This document shows, one piece after another, positions 40,398-56,301 of a stretch of 64,000 nucleotides of DNA. Under the pieces are notes generated by a model, which did not search any database, was not told where the DNA came from, and worked only from the letters and a program-made list of their open reading frames with translations. Source of the DNA: Calcarisporiella thermophila CBS 279.70 (Eukaryota > Fungi > Calcarisporiellomycota); assembly GCF_041956535.1 (NCBI RefSeq), contig NW_027192202.1, forward strand, positions 203,529 to 267,528. The letters run 5' to 3'. The position numbers and the translations under genes are program-made. Every line of letters begins with the position of its first letter. The stretch's first letter is position 1.

Positions 40398-41079
40398 TCA
40401 CTGGTTTTCAAGGGTTGGAGAACGCGGAGGGGAGGTTATTTCACCAGCGTTTCTATTCTCTGGTGACTTTCTCTCGGTGGGACTTTTGGAACGGGCCTTA
40501 TCACGTGGCGAACGATCCTGATCCATGGGCGATACCGATCTCTTGCGTGGGGAACGAGACTTATCTCGTGGTGAGATATCCTTGCGGTCGGGGGACCGCC
40601 GACCTGGCGAATGCGAACCACGGCGTGGCGAACGTTCCCTTCGACCAGAGCCTTCTCGAGGTGACCTTGATCCCCGTCTTGGCGACCGCGAAGACCTACG
40701 CCTCGGGGGGGAATACGAATATGAGCGCCGTCTCCGCGGTCGAGATTCACGCTCATATTTCCATCGTCGACTCGGTGGACGGCGTGCCCACTGTACGTCC
40801 AGTACGTGACCCTCAACCCGACGTCCATCCAGTTCATATTTCGCGTCCTCTGCATCACGAGATTCACGGAACTCTACAAAGGCGAATGGCTTAGCGCCAC
40901 TGCTAGCAGCTGGGATGTCACATCGCACTAAGGGACCAAATCTTTGAGGAAAAAGAGGTTGAATATGGCTATTCTTTGCACGATAACTGTGGAATCGGTT
41001 ACTTTTCAAATTTACGTGCCAATTCGCGCGCGCTAAAGTCCTGCGGGAATCCAATTACGTATAGAATCCTTCTACCCAT
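40398..41079 (-). CDS. SR-family splicing factor (RRM plus RS domain, Srp1-like), 2 coding exons
   Basis: [19 protein letters not shown]|[25 protein letters not shown] followed by RS/RSP repeats. Confidence 0.88.
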
Positions 41080-41341
41080 TTCTTTTTAAGATTATTTCCA
41101 CACCAGAGAGATGTAAGAGGGTTATCTCAACAATTTTTGTGCTTTCAACCGGAGATTTATTTTTTTTGTCGAAAAAGCCACATTTTAACAAGTTTATTTG
41201 GATAAAAACGTATCAAAGTCAAAGGGAGTAGAGGCGGTCTAGAAGAACACCCCCATCTGTATTATACAAGTAGCATGGTAGAAAAGAATAAAAAAATAAA
41301 AAAAGCAAAAATAGCGCGAATATTAAAACAATCCTGATATT

Positions 41342-42293
41342 TTACTTTTTACGCTGTGCTCTCCACTTCCACACTGGATTGCCATTCTTATCCACACCAA
41401 CTTTCTTTTTGGCTCCTTTCCCTGCCAAACACCTCTGAACAATAAGTTCCCGTTCAAGCTCAGCTAGCTTCTCTTCACGCGCCAACCGTGACTCCAATTC
41501 TCGTCGCTTCTCCTCGCGACCCTTTTGCAGCATTTTAAGAGTCGTGTTGTCACTATCGCCGCTCATTACTGCTGCTTGTTTGCCGTTTGATAATCGGGGT
41601 CGATTGAAATTGCGATTGATGAACTCTGGGGCCGTTTCAAAGTGTTTTACCGGGTCAAACTTAGCAACTTCCGCTTCTGAATCAACGAAAATGGTATGCT
41701 TAGGCCTCTGTGAAGACGAGGACTCTCCCTGCTGCTCCGCTAGGGCATCTTCATCGCCATCATGGATTTGGATGTCTTCGCCTTCAATGAAGTGAAGTGA
41801 GGTTTTGAGTTTTTCAATTTTCTAATAACAGAATGGAGCAAAAGAGACGGATTAATCCCAATAAAATAACGGGTCTCGGCAACTCCATCACCAAACCTTT
41901 TTACTGATATCTCGCTGCATCCTAATATATCTATGATCCTGGGTTTTTAAAAGTTGAACCACATCATGCGAGAGATTTTTATTGCGCTCCACAACATGTA
42001 CACCGCCCTGTGAACGATCGAATAGTTAATCTCAGTCAAATTACCGTTGCAAATCAGGGTAGAGGATATACCTTGGTCTTTGTGCCTATCATTTTGAAGT
42101 AGAATTCATCAGGATTGCGCATAGCCGCCTTTTGGCGGAGAGCAGTGATCCTCTTTTGTTTCGAGTGATAATCCCGTGCACGGAGGACATAGTCTTTATG
42201 CTTTTCTAGGAGACCCAATCGCTGTCGCGAAAGAGGTTGGGCACGCTCTTTATGATTGCGACGATGCACCACATTGCGAAGGGAGGACGTCAT
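41342..42293 (-). CDS. UTP11: U3 snoRNP-associated protein 11, 3 exons
   Basis: [45 protein letters not shown]; C-terminus [10 protein letters not shown]. Confidence 0.93.
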
Positions 42294-42792
42294 TACGGGG
42301 AATGCTTCTATTTGGGTAGAGATCAATTATCCTATTACTCGTTGGACAACGGGAAAATATAAGGAGTGGCAATAAAATATTGTTTACGTTACCATCCGCA
42401 GCAAATAAACAGTCCCACTTTGATTTCCTTTTCTTCTTGCTGAGCCTCTTCCGAGTAACGGGGTGAAGTAATAGCACCTTTATTGAACTAAGCACGGAAA
42501 TCGACAAGCTGCGATCCATAAAAACAGATTTCAATGCTATATTGTTCGCGAAACATTCTCAATCATTTTCGTAATAGTTTAGCTATGGAAAAATGTTGGG
42601 TTGAGGATTAATTGTGAAGCAGGTTGTTAATCTTGTTTCAATAACCCTTATTTAGTCGATTTGGATTTCTCTCAAATGGGCTTATTCGTATCACTTTAGT
42701 TTTCCCAATTGATCGCTTCTCCGCACCTCCAGGGTTTTATTTTTTTACCATCAGTCCATTTTCAATAGGATAGAGCTTCTAATATTGCTATC

Positions 42793-43829
42793 ATGGCATC
42801 CAATGATTGGAAAACGCAGGTGAGTTTCCATGCACCTTTTGAAATACATCTCGCCTCATGCTCGTAGTACTAACGCTGCTTGATTATAGGTGAAAGATGT
42901 CACGTCGCAGGCGGAAGATTTGCTCGATAAAGTAGGCACCCCCCTCAAGCCGTAAGTAGAGCCTCCTTGAAAATCTGCGCGATATTAATCGATGTTGTAC
43001 TCATATCTAACTTTCTGGATGCAGGTATCTCCCCGGTCTTGGGCGTTTGCTTATCGTCTGCACATTTTATGAGGATTCTCTGCGTATACTCAGCCAATGG
43101 TGAGAACTACCTTCTTCTATTCACTGCATGGCAACCATCTAATCTCATCTGATTTAAAGGTCTGATCAACTGTACTACCTTGAAAAGCATCGCCATTTTC
43201 CTTGGGGAATAAGCCATATATTCCTGCTGCTGAATGTCGTAACTATGCTTACGTGCTCGTCCATGGTCGTTGCAAAAAAGCACTCCGAGATTGCCGTTGG
43301 CGCGTTGTTGGGCGTTGTGGTAGCACAGGCCATTGGGTACGGTCTTCTATTCGAGCCTTCCTTCTTCTTGCGTAACGTGTCAGTCATGGGCGGTTTGCTC
43401 ATGGTGTTGTCGGACTCCTTTGCGCGCCGCCGTCGCATGTTTGCCGCTTTGCCTACGCTCTCAGAGACTGACAGGCGCAAATACTTCCAGCTTGCGGGGC
43501 GTGTGCTTCTGATTTTCTTGTTTCTGGGATTCGTGTTCCACGGGGAATGGTCGCTGTTGCGAGTGCTGGTCTCGCTTGTGGGATTGGGCGCCTGCGTGAT
43601 GGTTGTGGTAGGATTCAAAGCGAAGTGGAGTGCGACGTTCCTTGTGCTCTTCCTATCGGTGTTCAACTTGCTCGTTAACAATTGGTGGTCGGTCCACCAT
43701 TCGCACCCGGAGCGCGATTTCCTCAAGTACGACTTCTTCCAAACCCTCTCCATCGTGGGCGGGCTGCTCTTGTTGGCGAACATGGGCCCAGGAGGGCTGT
43801 CGCTCGACGAATCCAAAAAAGAATATTAA
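42793..43829 (+). CDS. ERV29: ER cargo receptor Erv29/SURF4, 4 exons
   Basis: KPYLPGLGRLLIVCTFYEDSLRI, FFLRNVSVMGGLL, DFLKYDFFQTLSIVGGLLL..GPGGLSLDESKKEY (KKxx signal). Confidence 0.93.
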
Positions 43830-44825
43830 ATCACGCACATGCTCTACGAGAGTCCTTTTTTTCTCTCTCATTTTTCAGAGGTTTTTTTTTTACTTTGTTT
43901 CCATTTTGTGTAAAATGAATTAGGATTTATTTTCTTTCATGATTGTTCTTGGGATGTTGAATCCAATCATTTGGCTATTTTTAGCGGAGAATACGTAGAA
44001 AGATAAAAAAATTGATCTTTTGGGATAGAATGTTATATAGTGGCCAGACAACGGTGCTAAGTGTGCGAGCATCAGCGTAAGAGACATGGGAAATTTCCCT
44101 CTTGGAAAGTCAAAGCCTCACTTTTCCTCACTTCCACTGCCCTAGTTCATTTGGATACTAGCCGGCTTAGACTTAGAGTAGGGTAACGAAGTAATAGTGG
44201 GCTTAGCTCTTAAGATTGCATGAAAAGCAACTTGAGCTCGGAGCTTCTCTCGCGATGTTAACGATGGCGACTTGTTAACCATAGTGGCAAATTCCTCATA
44301 TAAGTTCATGCCGCGTTTATCTTGTGGCAATCTGAAATTAAAATAGCACACAGGCGATTGGTGGTTCCATTGAGTTGAGAACTATAAAATAGTAAGTCTT
44401 AACATCCTCTCTGTGCAGAATCAAGTAAACTGATCTGTAGAAAACACAGATGACCTCATATTCTCCCAAGAGGAGGCGTAGATGGATCAAAAGGGAAACT
44501 ATGAAAGAGCCGCGTTGGAAGATTTGGATTTTTATTCAAATCAGGTTTCCCAACGATTCCAATTGCGAAGTCTATTCAGCTATTAGACATGATTGAAATT
44601 TCATGTGAAGTAGTCACGGCAGCGACCGTGACCAATCAAGGGGATATCGGATCAAATTTGACGGAGTGCTAACGCTTTATTTTCGCAAACTCGCTTATTG
44701 TTCAAAATTCTTAATTCGGATGTTTGCTTCTTTCTAAACCGAGAGGTTGCTCTGACTGCTGTAGCCCGGCGAAGTGTTTGGTTTCCACCGATTCCACAGC
44801 AGAATACGTCGCCGATTTTGCCAGT

Positions 44826-45797
44826 ATGCTCTTTAAGTTCGTCTTGGCTGCATTCCTCCTTCTGGCTTTGAGAATGCTCTATCGATTTCGCACTGCCCAA
44901 TTCTATCTAAAATCAATTCTGTTTGCTGCCCTGGTGGGATTCTTCAGCGCACTAAGTCTCCCCATCTCTATTGTGTGCTGGATTCTGTGCAAGCCTGGCC
45001 ATGGCAACTGGGCCACGGGGAGGGCATTCTACTATGGAGCTAGCTACTTGCTTGGATTGAAATTTGAGGTGGTAGGTGATACGGGTGATCTGTTGGAACA
45101 AACGAAGCCTGCCGTCATCCTTTGCAATCATCAAGCAACTATCGATGTGATGCTGCTCGGCGCTCTATTTCCAACCCAGTGTTCAATAGTCGTCAAAAAG
45201 GTGCTGAAGTACTATCCGTTCCTGGGGATGTTTTGTAAGCGTTTTCTTTTATCTTGCCAATTTTATTTAGGGTTTGACATGTCATTGCTAACTTTCATGA
45301 TAGTGCTATTGAACCAGGCTATCTTCATTGACCGCAAGAATACGAAGAGTGCACTGCAGAACATGGCTAAGGCTGCCGAGTCCATGAAGAAAAAGAAGGT
45401 AAATGTTTGCCAAGATAAATGTGTCACCGAGCTGTCACCCCCTTCCTCTCGCTGACCCTAACTATGTTCATGCTAGCTGAGCGTCTTCATGTTCCCTGAG
45501 GGTACCCGCGCACACTCAAAGGAAAACACGCTTCTCCCCTTCAAGAAGGGTGGCTTCCACCTGGCGGTTCAGGCACAGGCACCTATCATTCCTGTAGTCG
45601 TGGAAAACTACAGCTGGGCATACTCGAGCCGGTCACGATGGTTCCCAGGGGGTACAATCCGGGTGCGAGTGCTTCCCCCGATTGAGACGGCTGGAAAGAC
45701 GGAGGCCGATGTGGAGGCATTGACCCAACAGACAAGAGAGGTGATGACCGAGGCTCTAGTTGAAATTTCTAAGCAGCGGCACGTAAAGGACGATTAA
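44826..45797 (+). CDS. SLC1: 1-acyl-sn-glycerol-3-phosphate acyltransferase, 3 exons
   Basis: LPAAT motifs NHQATID, FIDR, FPEGTR, LPFKKGGFHLA. Confidence 0.9.
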
Positions 45798-46048
45798 TTT
45801 AATTGATATTAGACTATGCTCGTTTATTTGTCTTATTATTCTGTTGCATGAGCATTCCCATTTAAATTGTTTTGTGTTGAATTATTTAATTTTATTTGCA
45901 ATTCTTGGTAACACCCAATAGTCTATACTCCATTCCACTAATATTTCTATGTTAGCTTGGGGGCTAAAGTGTCGTTGCCTAAATGAAGAACGGGCAAACA
46001 AAAATAAATAGATACACATAAAGAGGAGAAACGCAAAAAAAAATGCAC

Positions 46049-47437
46049 TCAAATTCTTTTTGAGCTATTTGCAAGCTTGGAATTGAAATTTGAAAGAAAG
46101 GCATCCTCCATTGCGGAGCGCGTCAATGAAGAACCTGAAAGAGATAAAGATGTTTAAAATGGCCCAGAAAAGAGGTTGAAAACCCCTTCCAACTGCAAAA
46201 CTTACTTGAAAGATCGCTAAATGACGAAGTTATCGAGTTTTTCTCGCTTTCGCCTTCTTTTGACCCGACGTCGCCATCACCTCCCGTCCTTCCTCCAGTA
46301 TAGGAGGGTGTTTCGGTTTTTGTTTGGTTTTCTCCTATTTTTTCTACCTGCCCATGCTCCACCGTTTCATGATCTTCATATCGCATCGGGAGAAATGCTG
46401 GCATTTCTTCGAACTTTAGTCGATGCACTCCGGATTCCAGTTCTTCAGTCGGAATATCTGCTTGGGTTCCCAGGTCCTTCTCCTCGACTACCTTTTCGTC
46501 GCGACTTCGTGGCATCTGAAGGTGGCTTGGGATTTCAGAGCGAGAGCGTGTCAGTCCTGTGCTCCCATGGCTTTGAGTCGAGGTTTGAAGGAGTGATGAT
46601 GGTGGTTTTGCGGAGAGTTCGAGAGAAGTGGATGCTGCGGATTGTCGTATTGGAGAAAAAGTATTGGCATAGGTAGATGGCAATCTGCTTTGGTTGTTTT
46701 GCCCTACCAAAAACCGGACCAGAGTTTAATGATAAAAGTGAAGGATGTGTCCTATTCGATCATTTTCCTATACCTTTCGCTTCCCACTCTCCCGACTCTA
46801 CTACTAAACTTTGGCGATTTGGCTTTTCTTTCTCTCCTCCGTTGTCTCGTGAAAAGCGCTTTATTTCAAATGCTGTGAGCAACGAGGATCTATACCCCTC
46901 ACCTCCCTGTGAACTAATGCTTGCCTGCTCCATACTATTTCCAACCCCAACTCCACTGGGGCCACCCAATTGAGGAGATGGAGCAGAGATGGAGCGGACT
47001 TGCTTATTTTCGAAAGATGTTGTGGTAGTATTAGAGGAATGGAGACGATGTTGAAGGCCACGGAGCTGATTTTCATAAAGAAAAGCAGCGTAACGCATAA
47101 GGAAAGGAGAGGGAACGTTCAGGAGCCGGGAGATGTGTTGCCCTGATGAGATGAAGCATCGAGGTTATCGTGGATTGGGAAAAGAAGAGCAATAAAACTG
47201 AGCACTTACAGTCAATGTTTTGCATCTTTTGTTGCGAAAGAATGTGCCATAGCTGTTGAGCATGCTCTTCTGTCCAATTTATCTATAAGTATAGAGAGAA
47301 AACTCATTCTTTTTTGAAAAAGGGGGTGAGAAAATGGCGAACCGATTTACAATGGTCATGTTTTCGAATCCAGGTGGGCGAGCAAATGGTAATCGAATAA
47401 CCACATGCGTTGAGAACTCATTTGGATCACCAGACAT
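46049..47437 (-). CDS. ATG29: Autophagy-related protein 29, 5 exons
   Basis: Spliced N-domain HVVIRLPFARP..|INWTEEHAQQLWHILS..IDW|QHISRLLNVPSPFLMRYAAFLYENQL and C-motif SSFSDLS..LTRSAMEDAFLSN match the Atg29 pattern. Confidence 0.8.
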
Positions 47438-47665
47438 GTCTTGCACTATAATCGTCTTGATAGGAGAATGAAAGGTGGACTCGTAGTTTAAAGCCCCGCT
47501 GTCACTGAGCTCATTTCCATTAAGTATACAGTCACAAAAGCCAAGAGAGCCATAATCATTCTTCTCTTCTTATGTTCTCGCTGGTATTTTTTTTTTTTTT
47601 TGCATGATGAGGGTCAATCACTGTTCTTTTGAGTGGCAGTTTCCCATTCCCATTGACTAACCAAC

Positions 47666-49187
47666 ATGGATATCCTCGCATTTCTTCCTGCCGAAATCTC
47701 GATACAAATTCTTGAGAAACTCTCTCCCACTGACGTCGCGAATGCCCGACTCGTATCTCGTGCTTGGAACGCATTAACACGCACACCAACACTCTGGCGT
47801 AGCATTTTTTATCGATTTGCGATAACCGATGGGCACTTGTCGCTTGCTGAGTTTGAAGGCTTTTGTGCACGTAATTCCAGCTTGCTGACCTGGGAAGAGA
47901 GGTGTAAGCGAGTATATGAAAGAGGAGTGAATTTTCAGACGGGTGAGTCGAGTATAATGCCGCTCCCATCGAAAATATATTCTTATTCATCTATCGATAG
48001 GAAAGTGTACCTTCATGCATACAATTGTAATGAAAGATTTCGTCACAATATGTGCATTCCGGCTGAGCGGGAGGTATCTTGCAACGCTCTCATCGGGTGG
48101 AAGAATCTCAGTTTGGGAGCTTACAATGGCGGCTGTTTGCAGAGGAGAGAATGCGCATACGTGCGTGGACTACATTGTCCTCCAAAAAACTTCCCCTTTC
48201 ATGTTCCAGCATTTGGATATTATAAGCACGGAGAAGTACTCTGATACTCCATATCTAATTGCGGTCGGTGGAAATGAAATGTAAGTAGCGAAATGCAGTT
48301 TGTAACTATCAAGTAGTGTTGAAATCTATCCCCCATTTGTTTTGGTTTATTAGTTGCTTGGTGCTAGCGAAACATGGGGTAGTTTGCTACAAGTTCGATG
48401 GTGCTTTCTTCAACCAGACATACCTGGGGATGAGTGAAGAATATATTGTATATTGCGCAGGGGAAGCCGTGAACGTATGGAGCATGGAGACCGGATGCCT
48501 TGTGTGGAGATTAGGGGTAACTTTTTTTACCATGTATTGAGCAGACTATCGGTACGAGCTGGCCCCTTTACTCTGAACCTACTAGAATTTACGCCTAAGC
48601 CCAGGTCAAATTAGTTTTTTCGACTCCGTGCTCTATATCCACTCTTCTTATAATACGCCACCATTTTCAGTGCGTGCGGTTGATGTAAGGACCGGTGAGC
48701 AACTATGGAGCACTACCTACCGGCCATCTCTAGGCTCTAATCTAATCCCCCATACTCAAATGTGCCGAGACTTGGTATTTGCTTTTACGGAAGAAAAAAT
48801 CTATCAATATCAATTATCTAATCATTCCATTGAGGTATACTATCCATGTGCTGCATCGAAAGGGTCCAGTATGGATAAAAAGTCTTACATTGCTTCTTGT
48901 AGAAATCGGACGAGTACACCTATTCCGGCAATCTTATAGAAATGATCAACGGATGGCGATATTCTGCTGCTCTTCTTCTTCTGGAAGAGCCTACTGCCAA
49001 ATACAACTCATGGTTGACTCTCCTCTCTCGCTATGGGATCCATCGTATTGCTCCACACCCCATCACGTTCGCAATTCGAAATTACCCTGTGCCGGTACTT
49101 CCCCTCTTAGCCGACGTTGACTGGGCGCGCTATGCCGTGTTTGACTCGCGAACGCACTCCATCTGCATAGCTGAATTTTGGCCATAA
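47666..49187 (+). CDS. F-box protein with putative beta-propeller C-terminus, 5 exons
   Basis: F-box MDILAFLPAEISIQILEKLSPTDVANARLVSRAWNAL..LWR; WD-like pieces YLATLSSGGRISVWEL, VNVWSMETG, AVDVRTGEQLW; introns keep the frame. Confidence 0.8.
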
Positions 49188-49410
49188 CAAATGTATCTTT
49201 TATAACTATTACTTCACCTTCACCCTCTCCCCTTCGTCTTTGTATAGTCATTCATTTATCTCCCTTAATCAGAAGATATCTCATAATAACGTTTTTAGAT
49301 CTATAGTCTTTTGTTTATTTGTGACTGTTTAATTATTTTATAATAATACCTAAATCACATAAAGTGCCTTTCTCTTAATACCATTCAAGTTCTGCGCAGA
49401 TACTAGGACA

Positions 49411-49935
49411 ATGTCTTCAACCGAGCCCGCTACAAGCTCCAATTCTAGCGCCGAGCCCAAGAATGCTCCGCTTTCCCGCATATCAGGCAAGAGCTGGAAG
49501 ATTGCAAAAACCGCCGTACGACGGACTCAGATGCCCAAGGCCCTGCGCAAAACCTGGGAGCAACGATGTGAGGAGCGAAAGCAAAGGGAAATCGTTAAAG
49601 CAATGCAGCGGGAGATCAAGGAGGAAACAGAAGCAGAGAAAGAGGTATGCATTTGTCTTATGTTTCAAGTTAATTGAGATTTTGATAATCTACTTTCTTT
49701 TTTTTTTCAAGAAACGGAGACAGGCACGCCTGGAGCGCAAGAGAAAGGAGGAGGAGCGTCTGCGCATGGAGGAACTTGCAAAGAAGGTTGGTATACGGCT
49801 GTGCACTCGCTCCCTTTCATTTATACTAAAACTGGAATTTTTTGTCAAAAGGTTTCGGCTGCTAAACTAAAGCGGTTGAAGAAGAAGCAAGGAAAGGCCA
49901 AGCTCCACAAGCTCAAGAACAACAAGGCCACATAG
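49411..49935 (+). CDS. CGR1: rRNA-processing protein Cgr1, 3 exons
   Basis: RISGKSWK, KTWEQR, charged coiled coil, VSAAKLKRLKKK. Confidence 0.82.
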
Positions 49936-50412
49936 ACTACACTGACGGTATACATATTCCATTTTTATTAAACTTGTATGTTTTTGCTCTCTTTGTAAAA
50001 TTTACAATATATATATCACTTGACTCTTTCCCTCCCATGGTCAGCGTTTTAAAATAGCTTGTAACTGGATTTTTTTTTTTTTGAAAAGAGAGTTAAGAGA
50101 CACCTTACATTTTAATGAAAGCCAGGCTGATAAAACGATTCACTGAGTTTTGTCAGATGCAAGCTGGGACTATAGTATCCAACGTGCTGAAGATCGAACC
50201 AAGAGCAAGAAATAGTAATGAAGCACCATTTTAAAAATAAAAATAAACTTGATATTTTTACAAGATAATCCTTCAGTAGACTAAACAGGTTTTCTTTGCT
50301 TAAATAAGAATAAAATAAGTTGTGGATCGTATAAGAATAAATCAATGGTATCCATTCAAAAAGCAGTTAGAAAATCAAAAAATATAAATTATATATAGCC
50401 TGCTCGAAATGA

Positions 50413-53249
50413 TCACTCTACAAGCGCCACTAGCTCTTTAGTATACTTTGCAATTTCAAACGAGGCGCCCGCTAGCTGCTGTTTTCCGACCTTATCGTCT
50501 ATGTCCCCGTTCCCTGACGCAAATATCTCACGCTGTAACCCGGCTAGCCTCTCAATGCGTTCATCCAGCTCTGCGAGAATTCCCTCGCCACGCGCACGAT
50601 AGGGCGCAGCGTCCCGTTCAAAGCATCGCCGCGATACACGAACCGTCCTCACCACGATTTGCAGTAGATCATCGATCGTCTCGCGCAGATCACCTGAAGA
50701 GGCCCGCAGCGACTTGAGCATAGTCTGAATGGCTTGGACAATGACATCCGCCTGCGCTTGAAGGTACGCTTTAAGATCGTCCATGGGGAGATCATCCATG
50801 CTGTCTGATACATTCGTGACCACCTCGGAGGCCATGGTGTCGCGCATATGCCCGTTAGGACCCGAGTGCCATGCTCCGCCCATCGCCATGCTCATCCCAA
50901 AGCTCGTGTCCTCTCGCATCGACTCATTTTGCTTAGCATCGCCGGCAATACCTCGACTATGGTCCATCCCGTGTTTATTGTCGCTTTCCCGGGAAGGACA
51001 CATTCCCACGGCTTTTACGAGGTCAACTACCGTCACGGTCAACTGTCCGGCAGCAGCCACAAGCTCGCTGTCCTTGCCCCCTCCGCCCGAGGCATGTATT
51101 TTAGCAGCGCGCATTAACCCACTTAAAGCCACGCTCAACTGTTGTTTCTGAGAGTACAGCGCGTCTTCGGATTCGTCCGTGGTATGCTCATAATTTTCTA
51201 CGTCCTCTATGATCGATTTGCAGGACACTACGATGGACTTCATGGCAATCAAAACCTCCGTCGAGACGCTCGATCTTCCCGCTTCGATAAGCCCGTCCAC
51301 GGCGACCCGATATGCTGTCATCTTGCTCTCCTCAATTACCCCATCTGGTGTCGCGATAAGAAGTTGGTTGCTGCCGTCACTACGGTTTGATCTGTCACCA
51401 TTGTCCTCCCGATGAGAATGAAGCTCATCTTTGGCTTTTTCATAACGGATTTGCCAATCCTCTGCCTAAAAACGAGAAAAAGACTCAATAGGTTGGATGT
51501 TTCATCTTGGTCAATATATCGCTTGCCCTGCATACCTCACGCTTGAGCTCAATAATTCGCTGTACATCCTTGTCTCTCTCTAACTTTAACTCTTCATTCT
51601 TCCGATTCAATTCCTTAATCTCCTCCAAGAGTGACTGGGCCTCCTGTCGCACATCATTTGCAACCTATTATTTCCGGGCAAATTGGAGTTAAACAAAGAC
51701 GGTCATCGAGGGGAAAGGAGAGTTACCTCAATTTGGCTGCTATATTTCACTTTCAGTTTATCAAAATCATTCTGTAATTGACTAAGTCGGGCCGCCTGCT
51801 GCTGATTTTGCTGCTTCGTCTGCGCTATTTGATCCTCTAAATGTTGTAGTCGAGTTCCTTCCCGCCGTCCACCGGTCGTATCCACCAGTTCGCCTTCCAA
51901 CTGAGCGATACGCCTGCGCATTGTGCTGATGCGAGATTCATATTCAGAACGTAGCCTCTCGAAATCCGCCGAGCCCACAGGGTCCCGCCCGAATGTGCTC
52001 GGACTCGAGGAGGCAGTGGTAGTAGCAGTGGTGCGATTCGATCCGCGGCGGTAGTCGCTTGCAGAGCTAGGAATCTCCCGATCTCGGTCGGTTCCTGGTG
52101 CCGAGCTAGAGTCGCGATATTCATCGCCCTTTGCATTTACCATGTTGCCCAGGTCGGTCATAAGGTTGTCTAGTTGGCCCATATTGACACCAGGACCTTC
52201 TTTTGCTTTAGGAGTCGGCCGGTTGCTGCTAACGGATCCATTCGATCTGTCTCTATCTCTTTCTCGTTCTCGTTCTCGTTCTCGTTCCCTGTCCCGTGAA
52301 TTTGGTAATGGGGGCGGAGGGTAGTCGGGATAAGGTCGACTGCGCTGTGATGTGCTGCCGGAGCGTTCGCGTTGTTTTATCGGATTCATAGAAGGGTCAT
52401 TGAAACCCTGAGAAGAGTAGGGTGCTTCTGCGGAATTGCCATCAATGGTTCCTTTCACTGGCACAATGTTGCCTGTTTGCGAAGGTTGTGGCATTGGAGA
52501 GTTAGCTTCCTGAGGATAGCGCGGGCTCGACGGGTAATCGGAAGGGGGAGGCGATGGCATACTCTGCTAGTTATCATTTAGATTACACATCAATATTGAA
52601 TAAGTATAATGCTATCTTACATTCATCTGTTTTAGCTCTGGGACCCTCCGCTCCCATTCGTAAAATACATCGGTTGCCAAATCCTTAAATCTCTGCTTTG
52701 GCAATGTTGCCAGTTTTTGCCTCGCTTGATTGCGTTTAGGGTTGAAGTCCTTACGAACAGGAAGAAATGGTGCTATAGCCATAAGGATTCAACAATTTTA
52801 AGATCAATGTTAAAGTCAAGTAGTCAACATTCGGACAAAATACCCACCATCTTTATCGCTCTTTAAACGTCTTTGTAACTCATCATAAACGTCTGTCGAT
52901 AATTCTGTAAATTGATTTCTAGTCAATCTTGATAGTTTGTCCCGGGCAGACGCTCTCTGATTGGCTATGTTATCTAAAATCGCCAATGAAGCATGGGATG
53001 TGATTAGTAGTCTGTAGGATGGACAGGAATTTGGGCGAGAAATCCAATACCTCTGCTCGAGTCGATTTCAAGGTAGTTCCGCAGGGCCTCATAGTGAAGC
53101 CGTGCTATTTCGAAAGATGAGTCGTTGTTCCTATCACGCAAACTGGCCGTCTGTCCCGGTTTGGGGGATGGAGTGTAAGTGCGACTAGAATCATAATTAG
53201 GAGGGGGCATTGCCGGGCTCGGTCCACGTGATGAGGATTGATAATCCAT
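50413..53249 (-). CDS. SPA2: Polarity scaffold Spa2/GIT-like (two SHD repeats, coiled coil, GIT-type C-domain), about 6 exons
   Basis: ARDKLSRLTRNQFTELSTDVYDELQRR and RNQARQKLATLPKQRFKDLATDVFYE; C-terminal KQQLAGASFEIAKYTKELV. Confidence 0.85.
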
Positions 53250-53881
53250 TAAAGTGTGAACCGGAGAAGCGCTCGATTAGCTTTGATCAGAAAAAATGAA
53301 GGGGAAGTGCGGGGGGAAAGGAAAGTGGATGAAGAGATGGGGTCATATATCTAGATTAGATGTTCTTTGTCCAGTGCTTGCCGCTCAGGAGCCCCTTCTC
53401 CGGAGTCTCGAGTGCATGCGCGGCGCAGCAATAAACAAGTGTTTTCTAATTAAAGCGAAACTACCTCCTATTAGAGGGAGGGGTCAAAAGTTGACTAATA
53501 TAGAAGTGGGTCGAAGCGCAGCACCAGCCCTGCGGCCGGGCAGAGGTGGCGGCGCGAGGGGGAGGTGGGGCCGGATCGGGCCACGCAGCTTCTAGATTCG
53601 TCGAGAAAGGAGAACGTCTTCGAAGTATCAGTCGGCTGTTGAAACCCGGCATCGATTTCGCACCACAACCGCGCGAGGAAAAAGCAGATGAGCCGATTCG
53701 TCACCATTGGACATCCCTGTGTTGGGGGGGGATGGAATTCCCGATACGCCATTTTTATGACCTCCGGAATTAGAGTTGAGGGTTCGCATTGAAATAGAAA
53801 GTCGCCTTTTCTTCTTTCGCAGCTTTTTTCCAGCCGAGCTTGCTTTCTCTCTCTCATCGCCTCCCAATCATCCCCGCCATC

Positions 53882-55961
<2,080 letters not shown>

Positions 55962-56301
55962 ATTGTCTTGCATCCCCTTTTCTCCTCCGACAACTTTTTT
56001 CCCCCTTCTTCTACTTCTTCTTCATTAAGCTATTCCTTTTTATTTGTTGTTTAATATTCATTCCGAAAAATTGCCTCTTCCGTAGTGTTTATGTATGTTT
56101 CTTAGAGAGAAAAAAAACGAAGACAAAAAAATAGGGTGAAACCATTTATATAAAAATAACACTTTTGTAAAGACACTTGACGTAGAAAAACAGGGATTGA
56201 AGAGCAGCGAGGAAAAAAGTAAGAAAAATATTGCACAGCATATTACACAAAAGATTTGCTTCGTTCCCCAAAGCACCCGTTGCAAGATAGGTCAAGAGAG
56301 T

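Noticed and set aside
44142-44351. 69-aa minus-strand ORF
   Set aside because: No recognisable motif and no convincing upstream exon.
47666-49187. Frameshifted F-box pseudogene suggested by fragmented ORFs
   Set aside because: Canonical introns restore a continuous reading frame.
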